This document shows, in pieces, positions 1 to 9,458 of a stretch of DNA of 50,575 bases. A program made the position numbers and the translations under genes. Origin of the DNA: Deltaproteobacteria bacterium (GTDB taxonomy: Bacteria > Desulfobacterota > Deferrimicrobia > Deferrimicrobiales > Deferrimicrobiaceae). Position 1 is the stretch's first letter, and each line of letters starts with the position of its first letter. Location: NCBI GenBank assembly GCA_016219515.1, contig JACRMU010000044.1, forward strand, positions 1-50,575. The letters run 5' to 3'. The notes under the pieces were generated by a model. It saw nothing but the letters and a program-made list of their open reading frames with translations. It did no database searches and was not told the origin of the DNA.

Positions 1-169
1 TCACCACGCTTCTGCTGCGGCGGCGGATGCGGGCATGTCTACTGCGTTGCGCTCGGTCGGGCTCCTCGACGTAGTGTAAACTACGCCTGCGGTGCCCTCG
101 GTCGCGACGCCTTGTAGCCATACCCGTCTCCACCGCCTCGCGACGAACCATGGTGAGAAATGCGGGCTA
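1..169. repeat. Long imperfect palindromic MITE/REP-like element (family A), left end cut by the window edge
   Basis: TCACCA (1-6) pairs with TGGTGA (151-156); arms align imperfectly along their length and close on CGTAG-TGTAAA-CTACG (70-85). Right terminus GGTGAGAAATGCGGGCTA recurs at 6173-6188 (reverse complement) and 13877-13894. Confidence 0.75.
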
Positions 170-189
170 AAGCCGGAATGGAGGAAAAA

Positions 190-1131
190 GTGGGAAGTGG
201 CGATGGAGTAATCCGTCTCGGCAGCCGGGGGAGCAAGCTCGCCCTGTGGCAGGCCGAGTTCGTCCGTTCCGAAGTGGAGCGCAGGACCGGCGGGACGGTG
301 GAGATCGTCCGGATCAAGACGACCGGCGACATGATCCTGAACGTCCCGCTGGCGCGCGTGGGCGGCAAGGGGCTCTTCGTCAAGGAGATCGAGGAGGCGC
401 TGCTCGCCGGCGCCATCGACCTCGCGGTCCACTCGATGAAGGATGTGCCGACCGACCTTCCTGCCGCGCTGGAGATCGTCGCGATCACGAAGCGGGAAGA
501 TCCGCGGGACGCGTTCCTCTCCGACAAGGTGAAGCGGTTCGAGGACCTGCCGGCGGGGGCGAAGGTCGGGACCAGCTCGCTCCGCCGCCAGACGCAGCTG
601 CTGAGCCGGCGACCGGACCTGGTCGTCGTCGACAACCGGGGGAACCTGGACACGCGCATTCGCAAGATGGAAGAGGGGAAATTCGACGCGATCATCCTGG
701 CGGCGGCGGGGCTGCGGCGGCTGGGCTGGGAGGGGAAGATCGCGCAGATCCTTCCGACGGAGGTGTCCCTCCCCGCGATCGGGCAGGGGGCGCTCGGGAT
801 CGAGATCCGCCGGGACGACGCGGAGACCCGGGAAGCCGTCTTGTTCCTCAACGACCGGGACACGGCGTTCGCCGTCCGGGCGGAGCGCGGGTTCCTGAAA
901 CGTCTCGAGGGCGGCTGCCAGGTGCCCATCGCCGCCTACGGAAAAACGGACGGGGAAGCCGTCTTCCTCGAAGGGATGGTGGGGCGGCGCGACGGATCGG
1001 AGATCCTGCGGGGAAGCGCCCGGGGGAGGGTTGCCGACCCCGGGGCGCTCGGCATCGGGCTGGCCGAGCAGCTGCTGGCGCGCGGCGCGAAGCAGATCCT
1101 CGACGAGGTCTACCGCGCCGCCGGGAAGTAG
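190..1131 (+). CDS. hemC: Hydroxymethylbilane synthase (porphobilinogen deaminase)
   Basis: Motifs [48 protein letters not shown]. Start is GTG 190 or ATG 178. Confidence 0.97.
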   Translation: MGSGDGVIRLGSRGSKLALWQAEFVRSEVERRTGGTVEIVRIKTTGDMILNVPLARVGGKGLFVKEIEEALLAGAIDLAVHSMKDVPTDLPAALEIVAITKREDPRDAFLSDKVKRFEDLPAGAKVGTSSLRRQTQLLSRRPDLVVVDNRGNLDTRIRKMEEGKFDAIILAAAGLRRLGWEGKIAQILPTEVSLPAIGQGALGIEIRRDDAETREAVLFLNDRDTAFAVRAERGFLKRLEGGCQVPIAAYGKTDGEAVFLEGMVGRRDGSEILRGSARGRVADPGALGIGLAEQLLARGAKQILDEVYRAAGK

Positions 1132-1145
1132 GCGGCAACGCGGGC

Positions 1146-1940
1146 ATGGGGCTTTCGGGGAAAAGGATCCTTGTCACCCGCGGCGAGGGCCAGGCGGAGG
1201 AATTCGCCGGCCTGATCCGGAAGCGCGGGGGGGTCCCCGTGCTCTTCCCCACGATCCGGCTGGTTCCCCCCGACGATGCCGCTCCCCTCGGCTGCGCGCT
1301 CGCCCGCCTGTCCACCTTCGACTGGATCCTGTTCGCGAGCGCCAACGCGGCGAAGTTCTTCTGCGGGAGCGCCGTGCAGGCTTCGATCCTGCGGCCCCCC
1401 CGGGGCGTTCGCGTGGCGAGCATCGGACCCGGCACGAGCCGGGAGCTGCAACGCCTCGGATTCCCCGCGGACCTTACGGCCTCGCGGCACACGGCCGAGG
1501 GGCTGGTGGACGCTCTTCGGAGCGAAGGGATCGCCGGGAAGCGGTTCCTCCTCCCCCGGGCGGCCGAAGGCCGCGAAACGATTCCGGCGGAGATCCTCCG
1601 GCTGGGAGGATCCGTCGAAACGGTGGCGGTCTACCGGAACGGGTTGCCGGAGAAGGACGACCGCGCGGCGCGGGAAATCGCGGCGGCCCCCCCCGATGTC
1701 TGCACGTTCGCGTCTCCTTCCGCGTTCCGGAACTTCTTCCTCCTGCTGGGAGAAGGCCCCGCGTCGGAAGTGCTCCGGCGGAGCCGGATCGCGGTGATCG
1801 GGGAAGTGACCGCGCGCGCGGTGGCGAAGAAGAAATTTGCGGTGGACATCATGCCCGAAAAATATACGCTGGAGGGAATGGTGGAGGCGATCGAAGCCCG
1901 CATCGCTTCCGCGAAGCCCGATGGAGGACCGAACCGATGA
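1146..1940 (+). CDS. hemD: Uroporphyrinogen-III synthase
   Basis: [41 protein letters not shown]; lies between hemC and hemB. Confidence 0.92.
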   Translation: MGLSGKRILVTRGEGQAEEFAGLIRKRGGVPVLFPTIRLVPPDDAAPLGCALARLSTFDWILFASANAAKFFCGSAVQASILRPPRGVRVASIGPGTSRELQRLGFPADLTASRHTAEGLVDALRSEGIAGKRFLLPRAAEGRETIPAEILRLGGSVETVAVYRNGLPEKDDRAAREIAAAPPDVCTFASPSAFRNFFLLLGEGPASEVLRRSRIAVIGEVTARAVAKKKFAVDIMPEKYTLEGMVEAIEARIASAKPDGGPNR

Positions 1941-2916
1941 TTTTCCCCGAATACCGCCCGCGGCGCCTTCGGAGGAACGAGCTTTTCCGCCGGATGGTGA
2001 GGGAGACGAAGCTGTCGGTGGACGACCTGATCTACCCGCTCTTCGCCGCCGCCGGGAAGGGGATCCGCAAGGAGGTCCCCTCCCCATGCCGGGCGTCTTC
2101 CAGTTGAGCGTCGAGAACCTGGTGAAGGAAGTGAAGGAGGTCGAATCGCTGGGGATCCCCGCGATCCTGCTGTTCGGCATCCCCGCGAAGAAGGATCCGC
2201 TGGGGAAGGACGCCTATTCCGATCGAGGCATCATCCAGACGGCGGTCCGCGCGATCAAGGACGCCGTTCCCGGGATCCTGGTGATCACCGACGTCTGCTT
2301 CTGCGAATACACCGACCACGGCCACTGCGGGATCCTGACGAAGGACGGCGATGTGGACAACGACGCCACGCTGGCGATCCTGGCGCAGAGCGCGGCCACC
2401 CATGCACGCGCCGGGGCGGACGTGGTGGCCCCTTCGGACATGATGGACGGGCGCGTGGCCGCCATCCGCGAGGCGCTCGACAAGGAGGGGTTCGCGGGCG
2501 TCCCCATCATGTCGTACGCGGCGAAGTACGCCTCCGGCTTTTACGGCCCGTTCCGCGACGCCGCGGAGAGCACGCCGAAGTCCGGCGACCGCCGTTCGTA
2601 CCAGATGGATCCCCCCAACGCCCGGGAGGCGCTGCGGGAGGTGGCGCTCGACGTCCAGGAAGGGGCGGACATCGTGATGGTCAAGCCCGCGCTGGCGTAC
2701 CTGGACATCATCTGCCGGGTCCGCGAGGCCTTCGATCTCCCCGTGGCGGCCTATAACGTGAGCGGGGAGTATTCGATCGTCAAGGCCGCGGCGAAGCTGG
2801 GATGGGTCGACGGGGATCGGTTGACGATGGAGATCCTAACGGCAATCAAGCGCGCGGGCGCCGACCTTATCCTCACCTATTCCGCCAAGGAGGCCGCGAG
2901 GATCCTCGCAAGGTGA
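1937..2916 (+). pseudogene. hemB: Porphobilinogen synthase, frameshifted at about 2077-2085 (probably a sequence error)
   Basis: N-terminus [13 protein letters not shown]...DDLIYPLF...KEVPS in one frame; MPGVFQLS...[14 protein letters not shown]...[17 protein letters not shown]...MVKP in another. Two extra C in CCCCTCCCC. Confidence 0.9.
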
Positions 2917-2921
2917 CGGCG

Positions 2922-3128
2922 ATGGCGGATGCGGTCAAGGCCGGAACGGCATACAAAGTGGTGGAGATCACCGACGTCACCGACCAGGCGGTCGAGGCGG
3001 CGTTGAACCGGTGGACCTCCGAAGGATACCGGTTCGAATCGATCCATTTCGCGACGCAGCCGGGGAGCCGCCGCCCGGCGATGGCCTTCCTCTTTTTCAC
3101 GCTCGGCGCTGCGTCCGGCGGGGAATGA
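2922..3128 (+). CDS. Small conserved hypothetical protein (DUF4177-like)
   Basis: 68 aa with YKVVE...LNRWTSEGYRFESI pattern; fills the gap between hemB and the RDD gene, ATGA overlap with the next gene. Confidence 0.7.
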   Translation: MADAVKAGTAYKVVEITDVTDQAVEAALNRWTSEGYRFESIHFATQPGSRRPAMAFLFFTLGAASGGE

Positions 3129-3622
3129 CGGGAATGGCGATCCGCTGGCAGGACCAGAGGGAGTTTTTCAAGGACGCGCGCCGCGCGCGGTACCTCTCCC
3201 GCTTGGTGTCCAAGGCCGCCGACCTCATCGTCGCCATGTCGCTCTGGCACATCCCGGGGGCCGCGGGCGCGTTCGCTTCCCTGTTCTACATCCTCATGTG
3301 CGACGGCTTCCCGGGCGGGCGCAGCGCGGGGAAATGGCTGACGGGACTCAAGGTCGTCCGCGTCGACCGGGAGGGGATGGATTTCCCGTCGTCGCTCCTG
3401 CGCAACCTCACCGTGTCGGCGCCGTTCCTGTTCTACCTCGTCCCCGTCGCCGGACCCTTCCTCGCGTACACCGTCGGCCTGGCCGTCCTCCTCATCGAGA
3501 CCTACCTCGGCTTCTACGACGCCGATGGGCAGCGGGCGGGAGACACCCTCGCTGAAACGCTCGTGGTGGAATACCGGCAGGAGACGACGGATGGCGTCCC
3601 TCTATCTGATCGACGGGCATAA
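3125..3622 (+). CDS. RDD family membrane protein
   Basis: SRLVSKAAD, GRSAGKWLTGLKVV, LLRNL, GQRAGDTLAETLVV plus hydrophobic segments. Confidence 0.88.
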   Translation: MTGMAIRWQDQREFFKDARRARYLSRLVSKAADLIVAMSLWHIPGAAGAFASLFYILMCDGFPGGRSAGKWLTGLKVVRVDREGMDFPSSLLRNLTVSAPFLFYLVPVAGPFLAYTVGLAVLLIETYLGFYDADGQRAGDTLAETLVVEYRQETTDGVPLSDRRA

Positions 3623-6161
3623 CGTCCTCTACCGCACCTTCTTCGGAGTGCCGCGGCTTTCCGCGCCCGACGGCACCCCCACCAACGTCGTCCTCGGCGT
3701 GGCGAGGATTCTCCTCAAGATCCTCTCGGAGGAGAAGCCCGCGGCGATCGCCGCCGCGTTCGACACCCCGCAGCCCACCCCGCGCCACGAGATGTACCCG
3801 GAGTACAAGGCGAACCGTCTCAAGGTCCCCGAGGACCTCCTCGTGCAGATCCCCCTCGTGAAGGAGGTCATCGACGCGCTGGGGGTGCGCCGCATCGAGC
3901 TCCCCGGCGCGGAGGCGGACGACATCATCGGAACGCTTGCCCGGGCCGCGGAGGAAAAGGGGATGGACGTCGTCATCGTCTCCTCCGACAAGGACCTCTA
4001 CCAGCTGGTCTCTCCCCGGGTCCGCGTGCGGGACGGGCTGAAGGAAAGGACGGTCGGGGAAGCCGAGGTTAGGGAAGTCTTCGGGGTGGCGCCGGATCAG
4101 GTGGCGGACCTGCTGGCGCTCGCCGGGGACCCCTCGGACAACGTTCCCGGCGTTCCGGGGATCGGCGAGAAAACGGCTGCCGAGCTGATCCGGGAGTTCG
4201 GAACGCTGGAGGAGCTTCTTTCGCACACCGGCCGCCTGAAAGGGAGCCGCAAGGAAAAGATCGAGAAGAACGCCGACGCCGCGCGGCTCTGCAAGAAGCT
4301 CCTGACGATCGACCTGCACGTCCCCCTCGAGGAAACCCTCGATCAACTTGCTCCCCGGCCGATGGATGCGGATCGCGTCGCGCATCTGTTCCGGAAGCTG
4401 GGGTTCCGGAAGCTGCTCGAAGACCTTTCGCTTTCCGCGGCGCCGCTCCTTCCGCTCCAGGCGGCGTCTTCCCCGGCGGGGCGGACGTGGATGACGGTCG
4501 AACGGGCCGGGGACCTTTTTCCGGGCGTCTCGAAGGAGGGGATTCCGGCGGCGGCCATCGCCCAGGGCGGGGAAGGGCATGGCGCCGTGTCCGCTCCCGG
4601 GCGCGGGACGTTCCTGTTCCCCGCGCGGGAAACCCGGGAGGTCCTGCAACGGCTGGGCACGCTGTGCTCAAAGACGTTTCTCTTCGACGGGAAGTCTCTC
4701 TTCCGAAGGTGCGGGGGGCCGCCCGCGGCCGATCCCCTCCGGTTTTTCGACCTGCTCGTGGCGGGTTACCTCCTGTCGCCCGACGAGGGAACGCCCACGC
4801 CGGCCAAGCTGTTCGCCCGCCATCTTCCCGCGGCTGCCGGGGCGGGCGGGGGAGAGACGCCGGAGGCCCGGGCGGCGGAGAGCGCGGAGGCCCTCCTTTC
4901 CTTGGGAGCCGTCCTCGAAGGGAAGATCGAGGAGGCGGGCCTCGCGCCGATTTTCCGCGACGTGGACATGCCCCTGCTGCCGGTGCTCTGCCGGATGGAG
5001 GCGGCCGGCATCCGGATCGACCCGGAAATCTTCCGCGCGCTGTCGGAGGAGCTTGCCGCCGGGACGGAGGAGATCGAACGGAAAGTGGCCCGGATCGCCG
5101 GCGAGGACTTCAACATCAACTCCCCGAAGCAGCTGGCGTTCCTTCTCTTCGAGAAGCTCGGTCTCCCGCCGCAAAGGAAGACGAAGACGGGGTATTCCAC
5201 CGACGTGGAAGTCCTGGAACAGCTCAAGAACTCCCACGAGATCCCCATGCTGGTCCTCGAATACCGGACGCTGGCGAAGATCAAGTCCACCTACGTGGAC
5301 GTCCTTCCGGGGATGGTCGACCCGAGCGACGGGCGGATCCACACCACGTTCCACCAGACCCAGGCCGCCACCGGCCGCCTCTCCTCGTCCGACCCGAACC
5401 TTCAGAACATCCCGATCCGGACCGACCTGGGGAAAAGGATCCGTTCGGGGTTCGTGGCGGAGCCGGGGTGGCGTTTCGTGGGCGCCGACTATTCCCAGGT
5501 GGAGCTGCGCCTCCTGGCACATTTAAGCGGCGACACGGAGCTCACGCGGGGATTCCTCGATGGGGAGGACATCCACACCGCGACGGCTTGCGGCGTCTTC
5601 GGCGTCTCTCCCTCCGGAGTCACTCCGGAGCTTCGCCGGCGCACGAAGGTGATCAATTTCGGCATCCTTTACGGGATGAGCCCGTTCGGGCTCTCCCGGG
5701 AGCTGGGGATCGGAGGGAAGGAGGCCCGGCAGTACATCGACCAGTACTTCACCCGCTACCCGGGGGTTCGCGGATACATCGAGCGGGTCAAGGAGGAGGC
5801 GAGGAAGGAAGGCTGCGTCAAGACGATCCTGGGGCGCCGCCGGTATATCCGGGACATCAACTCCCAGAACAAGGTGCTGCGGGAGGCGGCCGAGCGGATG
5901 GCGGTCAACGCGCCGATCCAGGGGAGCGCCGCCGACATCATCAAGCTGGCGATGATCCGCATCGACCGGGAGTTCCGGGAGAGGGGGATGCGCGCGCGGC
6001 TGGTCCTCCAGGTCCACGACGAGCTCATCGCCGAGGCGCCGGAGGGGGAAGCGGCGGAAGCCGGGAAAATCGTCCGCGAGGCGATGGTGGGAGTGGCTTC
6101 CCTGGCCGTTCCCCTGACCGTTTCCTTAAGCCAGGGGAAACATTGGGGGGAAATCCATTGA
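3591..6161 (+). CDS. polA: DNA polymerase I (3'-5' exonuclease domain appears degenerate)
   Basis: LYLIDG, EADDIIGT, SSDKD, GDPSDNVPGVPGIGEKTA, TGRLSSSDPNLQNIP, ADYSQVELR, NFGILYG, LQVHDEL. Confidence 0.98.
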   Translation: MASLYLIDGHNVLYRTFFGVPRLSAPDGTPTNVVLGVARILLKILSEEKPAAIAAAFDTPQPTPRHEMYPEYKANRLKVPEDLLVQIPLVKEVIDALGVRRIELPGAEADDIIGTLARAAEEKGMDVVIVSSDKDLYQLVSPRVRVRDGLKERTVGEAEVREVFGVAPDQVADLLALAGDPSDNVPGVPGIGEKTAAELIREFGTLEELLSHTGRLKGSRKEKIEKNADAARLCKKLLTIDLHVPLEETLDQLAPRPMDADRVAHLFRKLGFRKLLEDLSLSAAPLLPLQAASSPAGRTWMTVERAGDLFPGVSKEGIPAAAIAQGGEGHGAVSAPGRGTFLFPARETREVLQRLGTLCSKTFLFDGKSLFRRCGGPPAADPLRFFDLLVAGYLLSPDEGTPTPAKLFARHLPAAAGAGGGETPEARAAESAEALLSLGAVLEGKIEEAGLAPIFRDVDMPLLPVLCRMEAAGIRIDPEIFRALSEELAAGTEEIERKVARIAGEDFNINSPKQLAFLLFEKLGLPPQRKTKTGYSTDVEVLEQLKNSHEIPMLVLEYRTLAKIKSTYVDVLPGMVDPSDGRIHTTFHQTQAATGRLSSSDPNLQNIPIRTDLGKRIRSGFVAEPGWRFVGADYSQVELRLLAHLSGDTELTRGFLDGEDIHTATACGVFGVSPSGVTPELRRRTKVINFGILYGMSPFGLSRELGIGGKEARQYIDQYFTRYPGVRGYIERVKEEARKEGCVKTILGRRRYIRDINSQNKVLREAAERMAVNAPIQGSAADIIKLAMIRIDREFRERGMRARLVLQVHDELIAEAPEGEAAEAGKIVREAMVGVASLAVPLTVSLSQGKHWGEIH

Positions 6162-6172
6162 TTCCGATGCCG

Positions 6173-6205
6173 GCCCGCATTTTTCACCGGGCTTCTGCCG
6201 CGGCG
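6173..6205 (+). repeat. Left-end remnant of the family A palindromic element
   Basis: GCCCGCATTTTTCACCGGGCTTCTGCCGCGGCG matches the reverse complement of 152-167 and positions 1-21 (TCACCACGCTTCTGCTGCGGC). Confidence 0.65.
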
Positions 6206-6206
6206 A

Positions 6207-6232
6207 TGAATAGATCGGGGAATCGCTGCGTC
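6207..6232 (+). promoter_or_regulatory. Candidate ECF-sigma autoregulatory promoter, TGAAT-N17-CGTC
   Basis: Same motif occurs at 7768 and 11966; resembles the generic ECF AAC/CGT promoter. Unusually close to the ATG at 6235. Confidence 0.5.
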
Positions 6233-6234
6233 CT

Positions 6235-6825
6235 ATGAATGAAAAGGAGAAAGCGGGTCCTCCCGACGAGGTGTTGATCCGCGCAGCCCTGGGCGGGGAA
6301 GAGGGGGCGTTTCGGGAGTTGATGGAGCGATACAAGGGCCGGGCCTTCGCCGTGGCGATGGGGATCACCGGGGACGCCGACGAAGCGCTCGACGTGGTCC
6401 AGGACGCCTTCGTGAAGGCGTATTACAACCTGAAGGAGTTCCGGTTCGGCGCGAATTTCTACACCTGGTTCTACCGCTTGTTGGTGAACCAGGCGATCGA
6501 CCGGTGGCGGAAGGCGGCGAGGTCGCGCACAGTGAAGCTCGACGAGAGCTGGCTTTCCGGGGAGGTGACGCTCCCGGAATCCGTGGCGCACCCAAAGACC
6601 CCCGAGGAGCTGGCGCAGAACCGGCAGCTGTCCGAGGCCCTGACGCGGGCGGTCGCCGGTCTTCCGGAGTACCACCGCGCGGTCATCCTGCTGCGGGAGG
6701 TGGAAGGGCTCGCGTACGAAGAGATCGCGGAGGTGCTTCATTGTTCGGTGGGCACCGTGATGTCGCGCCTCCATTACGCGCGGGCGAAGCTGAAAGAGGC
6801 GCTCAAGGAATTTCAGGAAGGATAG
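6235..6825 (+). CDS. ECF RNA polymerase sigma factor (RpoE/SigW-like)
   Basis: DEVLIRAA, ALDVVQDAFVKAY, FYTWFYR, LREVEGLAYEEIAEVL, GTVMSRLHYAR. Confidence 0.96.
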   Translation: MNEKEKAGPPDEVLIRAALGGEEGAFRELMERYKGRAFAVAMGITGDADEALDVVQDAFVKAYYNLKEFRFGANFYTWFYRLLVNQAIDRWRKAARSRTVKLDESWLSGEVTLPESVAHPKTPEELAQNRQLSEALTRAVAGLPEYHRAVILLREVEGLAYEEIAEVLHCSVGTVMSRLHYARAKLKEALKEFQEG

Positions 6826-6829
6826 GGCG

Positions 6830-7306
6830 ATGGACTGCGGGAAGGTCGTGAAAATTCTTCAGGACGAAATCGACGGGCGGCTTCCGCCCTCCGTGGCGGC
6901 CGAGGTCCGGAGCCATCTCGAATCCTGCGGGTCCTGTACTGCGGAGGCGGCCTCGTTCCGCCGGGTGGGAGAGCTGGTCCGGCTGTGGTCGGCGTCGCGC
7001 GCAGGGGAAAAGTCGTTGCAGCTGGATGCCCTTTGGACCCGCGTGCAGGCGGGGATCGAGGAGAAAAGAAGCCGGAAAGACGCGGCCGGATGGGCTCGGA
7101 AATGGCTCTGGCTGCCCGCGGCCGCCGCGCTTGCGGTTTTGATCCTCCTGTTCTATCCTTCGGGGGTGAACAAGGCGCCGTTTCATCCGAGCAGCATCGA
7201 CGTCGCCGTGGAGGAGCTCGACTCGGACACCGCGACGGTGGCCCTCGTGGACCGAGGGGAGGACCTTCCCCGGGTGATCTGGATCATGGAAAATGACAAG
7301 ACGTGA
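6830..7306 (+). CDS. Zinc-binding (zf-HC2/ZAS) transmembrane anti-sigma factor
   Basis: MDC...DGRL...HLESCGSC (HxxxCxxC), one TM helix, directly after the ECF gene. Confidence 0.92.
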   Translation: MDCGKVVKILQDEIDGRLPPSVAAEVRSHLESCGSCTAEAASFRRVGELVRLWSASRAGEKSLQLDALWTRVQAGIEEKRSRKDAAGWARKWLWLPAAAALAVLILLFYPSGVNKAPFHPSSIDVAVEELDSDTATVALVDRGEDLPRVIWIMENDKT

Positions 7307-7757
7307 TACCCGGACGGGGCTTCTCCCGCCGCTGACCGCCGTTCTCCTGTTCCTCTTCGTTGCGGGAGCCGCCGCGGCCGCCCCGCCTTCCTCGGTGTCC
7401 GTCGAAGTCGGCGTGGTGGTCGCCTCCAACAAGGGCGCCTCGATCGACCCGTCCCTTTCCTCCCTCCGGGCGAAGCTCCAGTCGATGTTCAACTATTCTT
7501 CCTACAACCTTCTCGACAGGATGAAACGAACCCTTGCGGTGGGCGAGACCGGGGAGTTCGTGCTGCCCGGAGGCCGCTCGATGCGCGTGACTCCCGCCCC
7601 CGCCCCCGGGAACAAGGTCCGCCTTGCCGTGCAGATCATGGAAGGCGGGAAAAACCTCCTGACCACGACGCTGGGCTTGAGCCGCGGGGGGATGGTCCTG
7701 GTGGGCGGCCCCCCCCACCCGTCCGGGGTGCTGATCCTGATCATCTCCGCGGAATAG
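7293..7757 (+). CDS. Secreted/periplasmic hypothetical protein, third gene of the ECF operon
   Basis: Signal-peptide-like N-terminus; overlaps the anti-sigma stop; beta-rich mature part. Confidence 0.8.
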   Translation: MTRRDTRTGLLPPLTAVLLFLFVAGAAAAAPPSSVSVEVGVVVASNKGASIDPSLSSLRAKLQSMFNYSSYNLLDRMKRTLAVGETGEFVLPGGRSMRVTPAPAPGNKVRLAVQIMEGGKNLLTTTLGLSRGGMVLVGGPPHPSGVLILIISAE

Positions 7758-7767
7758 ATTTCCCCTT

Positions 7768-7796
7768 TGAATATCCTTCCTCCTTCCCTCGTCTGA
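7768..7796 (+). promoter_or_regulatory. Candidate ECF promoter TGAAT-N17-CGTCTGA
   Basis: Motif shared with 6207 and 11966; a second ECF-like GAAAC-N17-GTTTAA lies at 7809-7836. Confidence 0.55.
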
Positions 7797-7875
7797 CGGT
7801 TGACCCGGGAAACAATACGCCGGGGGCCGGGTTTAAACAGTCATTGAAGGACGGTTCGGAAGGGAGGAACAAGCG

Positions 7876-8286
7876 ATGAAAAAGGTACTGGCGATTATCG
7901 TTGCGGCGAGTCTCCTGGGGGTGATTGCGGCGACTCCGGCCTCCGCGGGGGAGCCCGGGTGGTCGGTTGCCGGCAAGATCCTCACGGGGGTCATCGGCCT
8001 TCACATCCTGGGGAACGCCCTCTCGCCCCATTACGCGTATCCGGCGCCCGTGTACGCCCCTCCCCCGAGGGCGTATTATCCGCCCGAACAGGTCTGGGTC
8101 CCGGGGCATTACGAGTCCCGGATCGAACGGCAGTGGATCCCGGGGCACTGGGAGTTCGAGAGGACCGGGCGGCATCGTTACGACGACGACGATGACGACG
8201 GCTACCGGTCCGGCAGGTACTGGGTCCCCGGCCATTACAGAGAGGTCGAGGTCAGGGCCTGGATCCCCGGCCACTGGGAGGGGTAA
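7876..8286 (+). CDS. Secreted protein with three WxPGH[YW] (YXWGXW/WXXGXW-type) repeats plus a terminal copy
   Basis: RBS GGAGG; signal peptide MKKVLAIIVAASLLGVIAATPASA; repeats WVPGHY, WIPGHW, WVPGHY, WIPGHW. Confidence 0.85.
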   Translation: MKKVLAIIVAASLLGVIAATPASAGEPGWSVAGKILTGVIGLHILGNALSPHYAYPAPVYAPPPRAYYPPEQVWVPGHYESRIERQWIPGHWEFERTGRHRYDDDDDDGYRSGRYWVPGHYREVEVRAWIPGHWEG

Positions 8287-8350
8287 GGCCGATCGAGGAA
8301 GGAGTGCACCTGACGGCCCGTCGACTCGTCAATCATCCAACGGCCAATCG

Positions 8351-8380
8351 AAACCCCGGACACGTTCCGGGGTTTTTTTT
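8351..8380 (+). terminator. Intrinsic terminator
   Basis: AAACCCCGGA-CACGT-TCCGGGGTTTTTTTT hairpin plus T run downstream of 7876-8286. Confidence 0.85.
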
Positions 8381-8482
8381 CACCCGGAACCGCCCCGCTG
8401 TTTATTCGCGTTGCATCTGTTCCTCTTGCGGTTATCCTGAACCCGGTGCGGTGTTCATAAAATTCAAAATACGGGGCGACAT

Positions 8483-9286
8483 GTGACGGAGAACCGTTCC
8501 TCCCCTTCCGGCTCGGCATTGAGGAATTCGCTGTGGAACCTTTTATTCCGGGTGGTCGCCGCCACGGACCATTCGAGGACGGTATGGACCGCGTTGCTGC
8601 GGGGCTCCTGCCTGGCCTTTTTCAAGGAGCCGATCGACGAGCTTCCGGCCTCGGACAACGACGCGTCGCGCCTCTCCTTCAAGGACCGGTTTTTCGCGCT
8701 GCCGGAAGACCGGGTCTACGACCTGTTCGAATTCCTGCTTGCGGACGACCTGGCGGGGATGAAGGAGATGGACCGGAAGCTCATCCGGCGAAAGCTGAAC
8801 GAGCTGTTGGACCAGGAGGGCGCACCCGTGCGCCTGCTGCGGGACAAGTTCGTCCCCCTGCCGGATTCCATGGGGTTCGACGCCGTGGCGACGGCGGAGG
8901 GAAGGATGAACCTGTTCGACCTCCCCGCGGCCTCGCAGCATCTCGAAACCGCGGTCGCTTTCCTTTCGCGCAGGCCTCAACCTGCGGCGCAGGAGGCGGT
9001 CCGCGAGGCGATCCTCGCCGTGGCGGCGGTGGTCCGCACGTTAAGCGGAGGGACGGGAAAGGTCGCCCTGGGGACGGTCGCCCCCGTGGCGGGATCGTTG
9101 GAAATTCCCCCTGACCTGCTGCCGGGGATGGAGGCGACGCTGCGCCGGTGCCACGAAGTGAGCGGGCTTCCGGGGGCGTCCTCCCTCGGCGTGCCGGTAT
9201 CCTTTCCCGAGGCGGTATTCCTCGTCGTCTTCTGTTCCTCGGTGGTCAACTACCTGCTGGAACTGCGCAAATCAGAACTACGGTGA
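8483..9286 (+). CDS. AbiJ-NTD4-like domain protein with a degenerate Abi/HEPN-like C-terminus
   Basis: LRNSLWN, FFKEPIDELP, FF...VYDLFEFL, HLETAVAFLS, EAVFLVVFCSSVVNYL resemble that family as I recall it. Confidence 0.65.
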   Translation: MTENRSSPSGSALRNSLWNLLFRVVAATDHSRTVWTALLRGSCLAFFKEPIDELPASDNDASRLSFKDRFFALPEDRVYDLFEFLLADDLAGMKEMDRKLIRRKLNELLDQEGAPVRLLRDKFVPLPDSMGFDAVATAEGRMNLFDLPAASQHLETAVAFLSRRPQPAAQEAVREAILAVAAVVRTLSGGTGKVALGTVAPVAGSLEIPPDLLPGMEATLRRCHEVSGLPGASSLGVPVSFPEAVFLVVFCSSVVNYLLELRKSELR

Positions 9287-9458
9287 CGTGGACTCCGGGC
9301 TCGCGGGGGGACTTCCCCGGAGCTACGTTCGCGACCTTCGCCCGCTCACTGCGGATTCCGCTTCGACGCAATCTCTCCCTTCGCTCCATAGGCCGCTCCG
9401 GTGAAGCCCCCCGCTGCGCCCTGCGTCCGCGTTACCGTATTGCAGAAATGAAGCACTA
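9270..9458. repeat. Long palindromic element (family B, long form) between convergent genes
   Basis: Outer stem TACGGTGACGTGGAC...GTCCGCGTTACCGTA, then GCGGGGGG/CCCCCCGC and CCGGAGC/GCTCCGG; homologous to 34131-34238 on the opposite strand. Confidence 0.8.

Noticed and set aside
2071-2107. Programmed ribosomal frameshift in hemB
   Set aside because: No canonical slippery heptamer, no precedent I know of, and several other lesions point to assembly error.
8290-8480. Riboswitch or ncRNA upstream of the AbiJ-like gene
   Set aside because: Only a standard terminator hairpin is evident; no aptamer consensus recognised.
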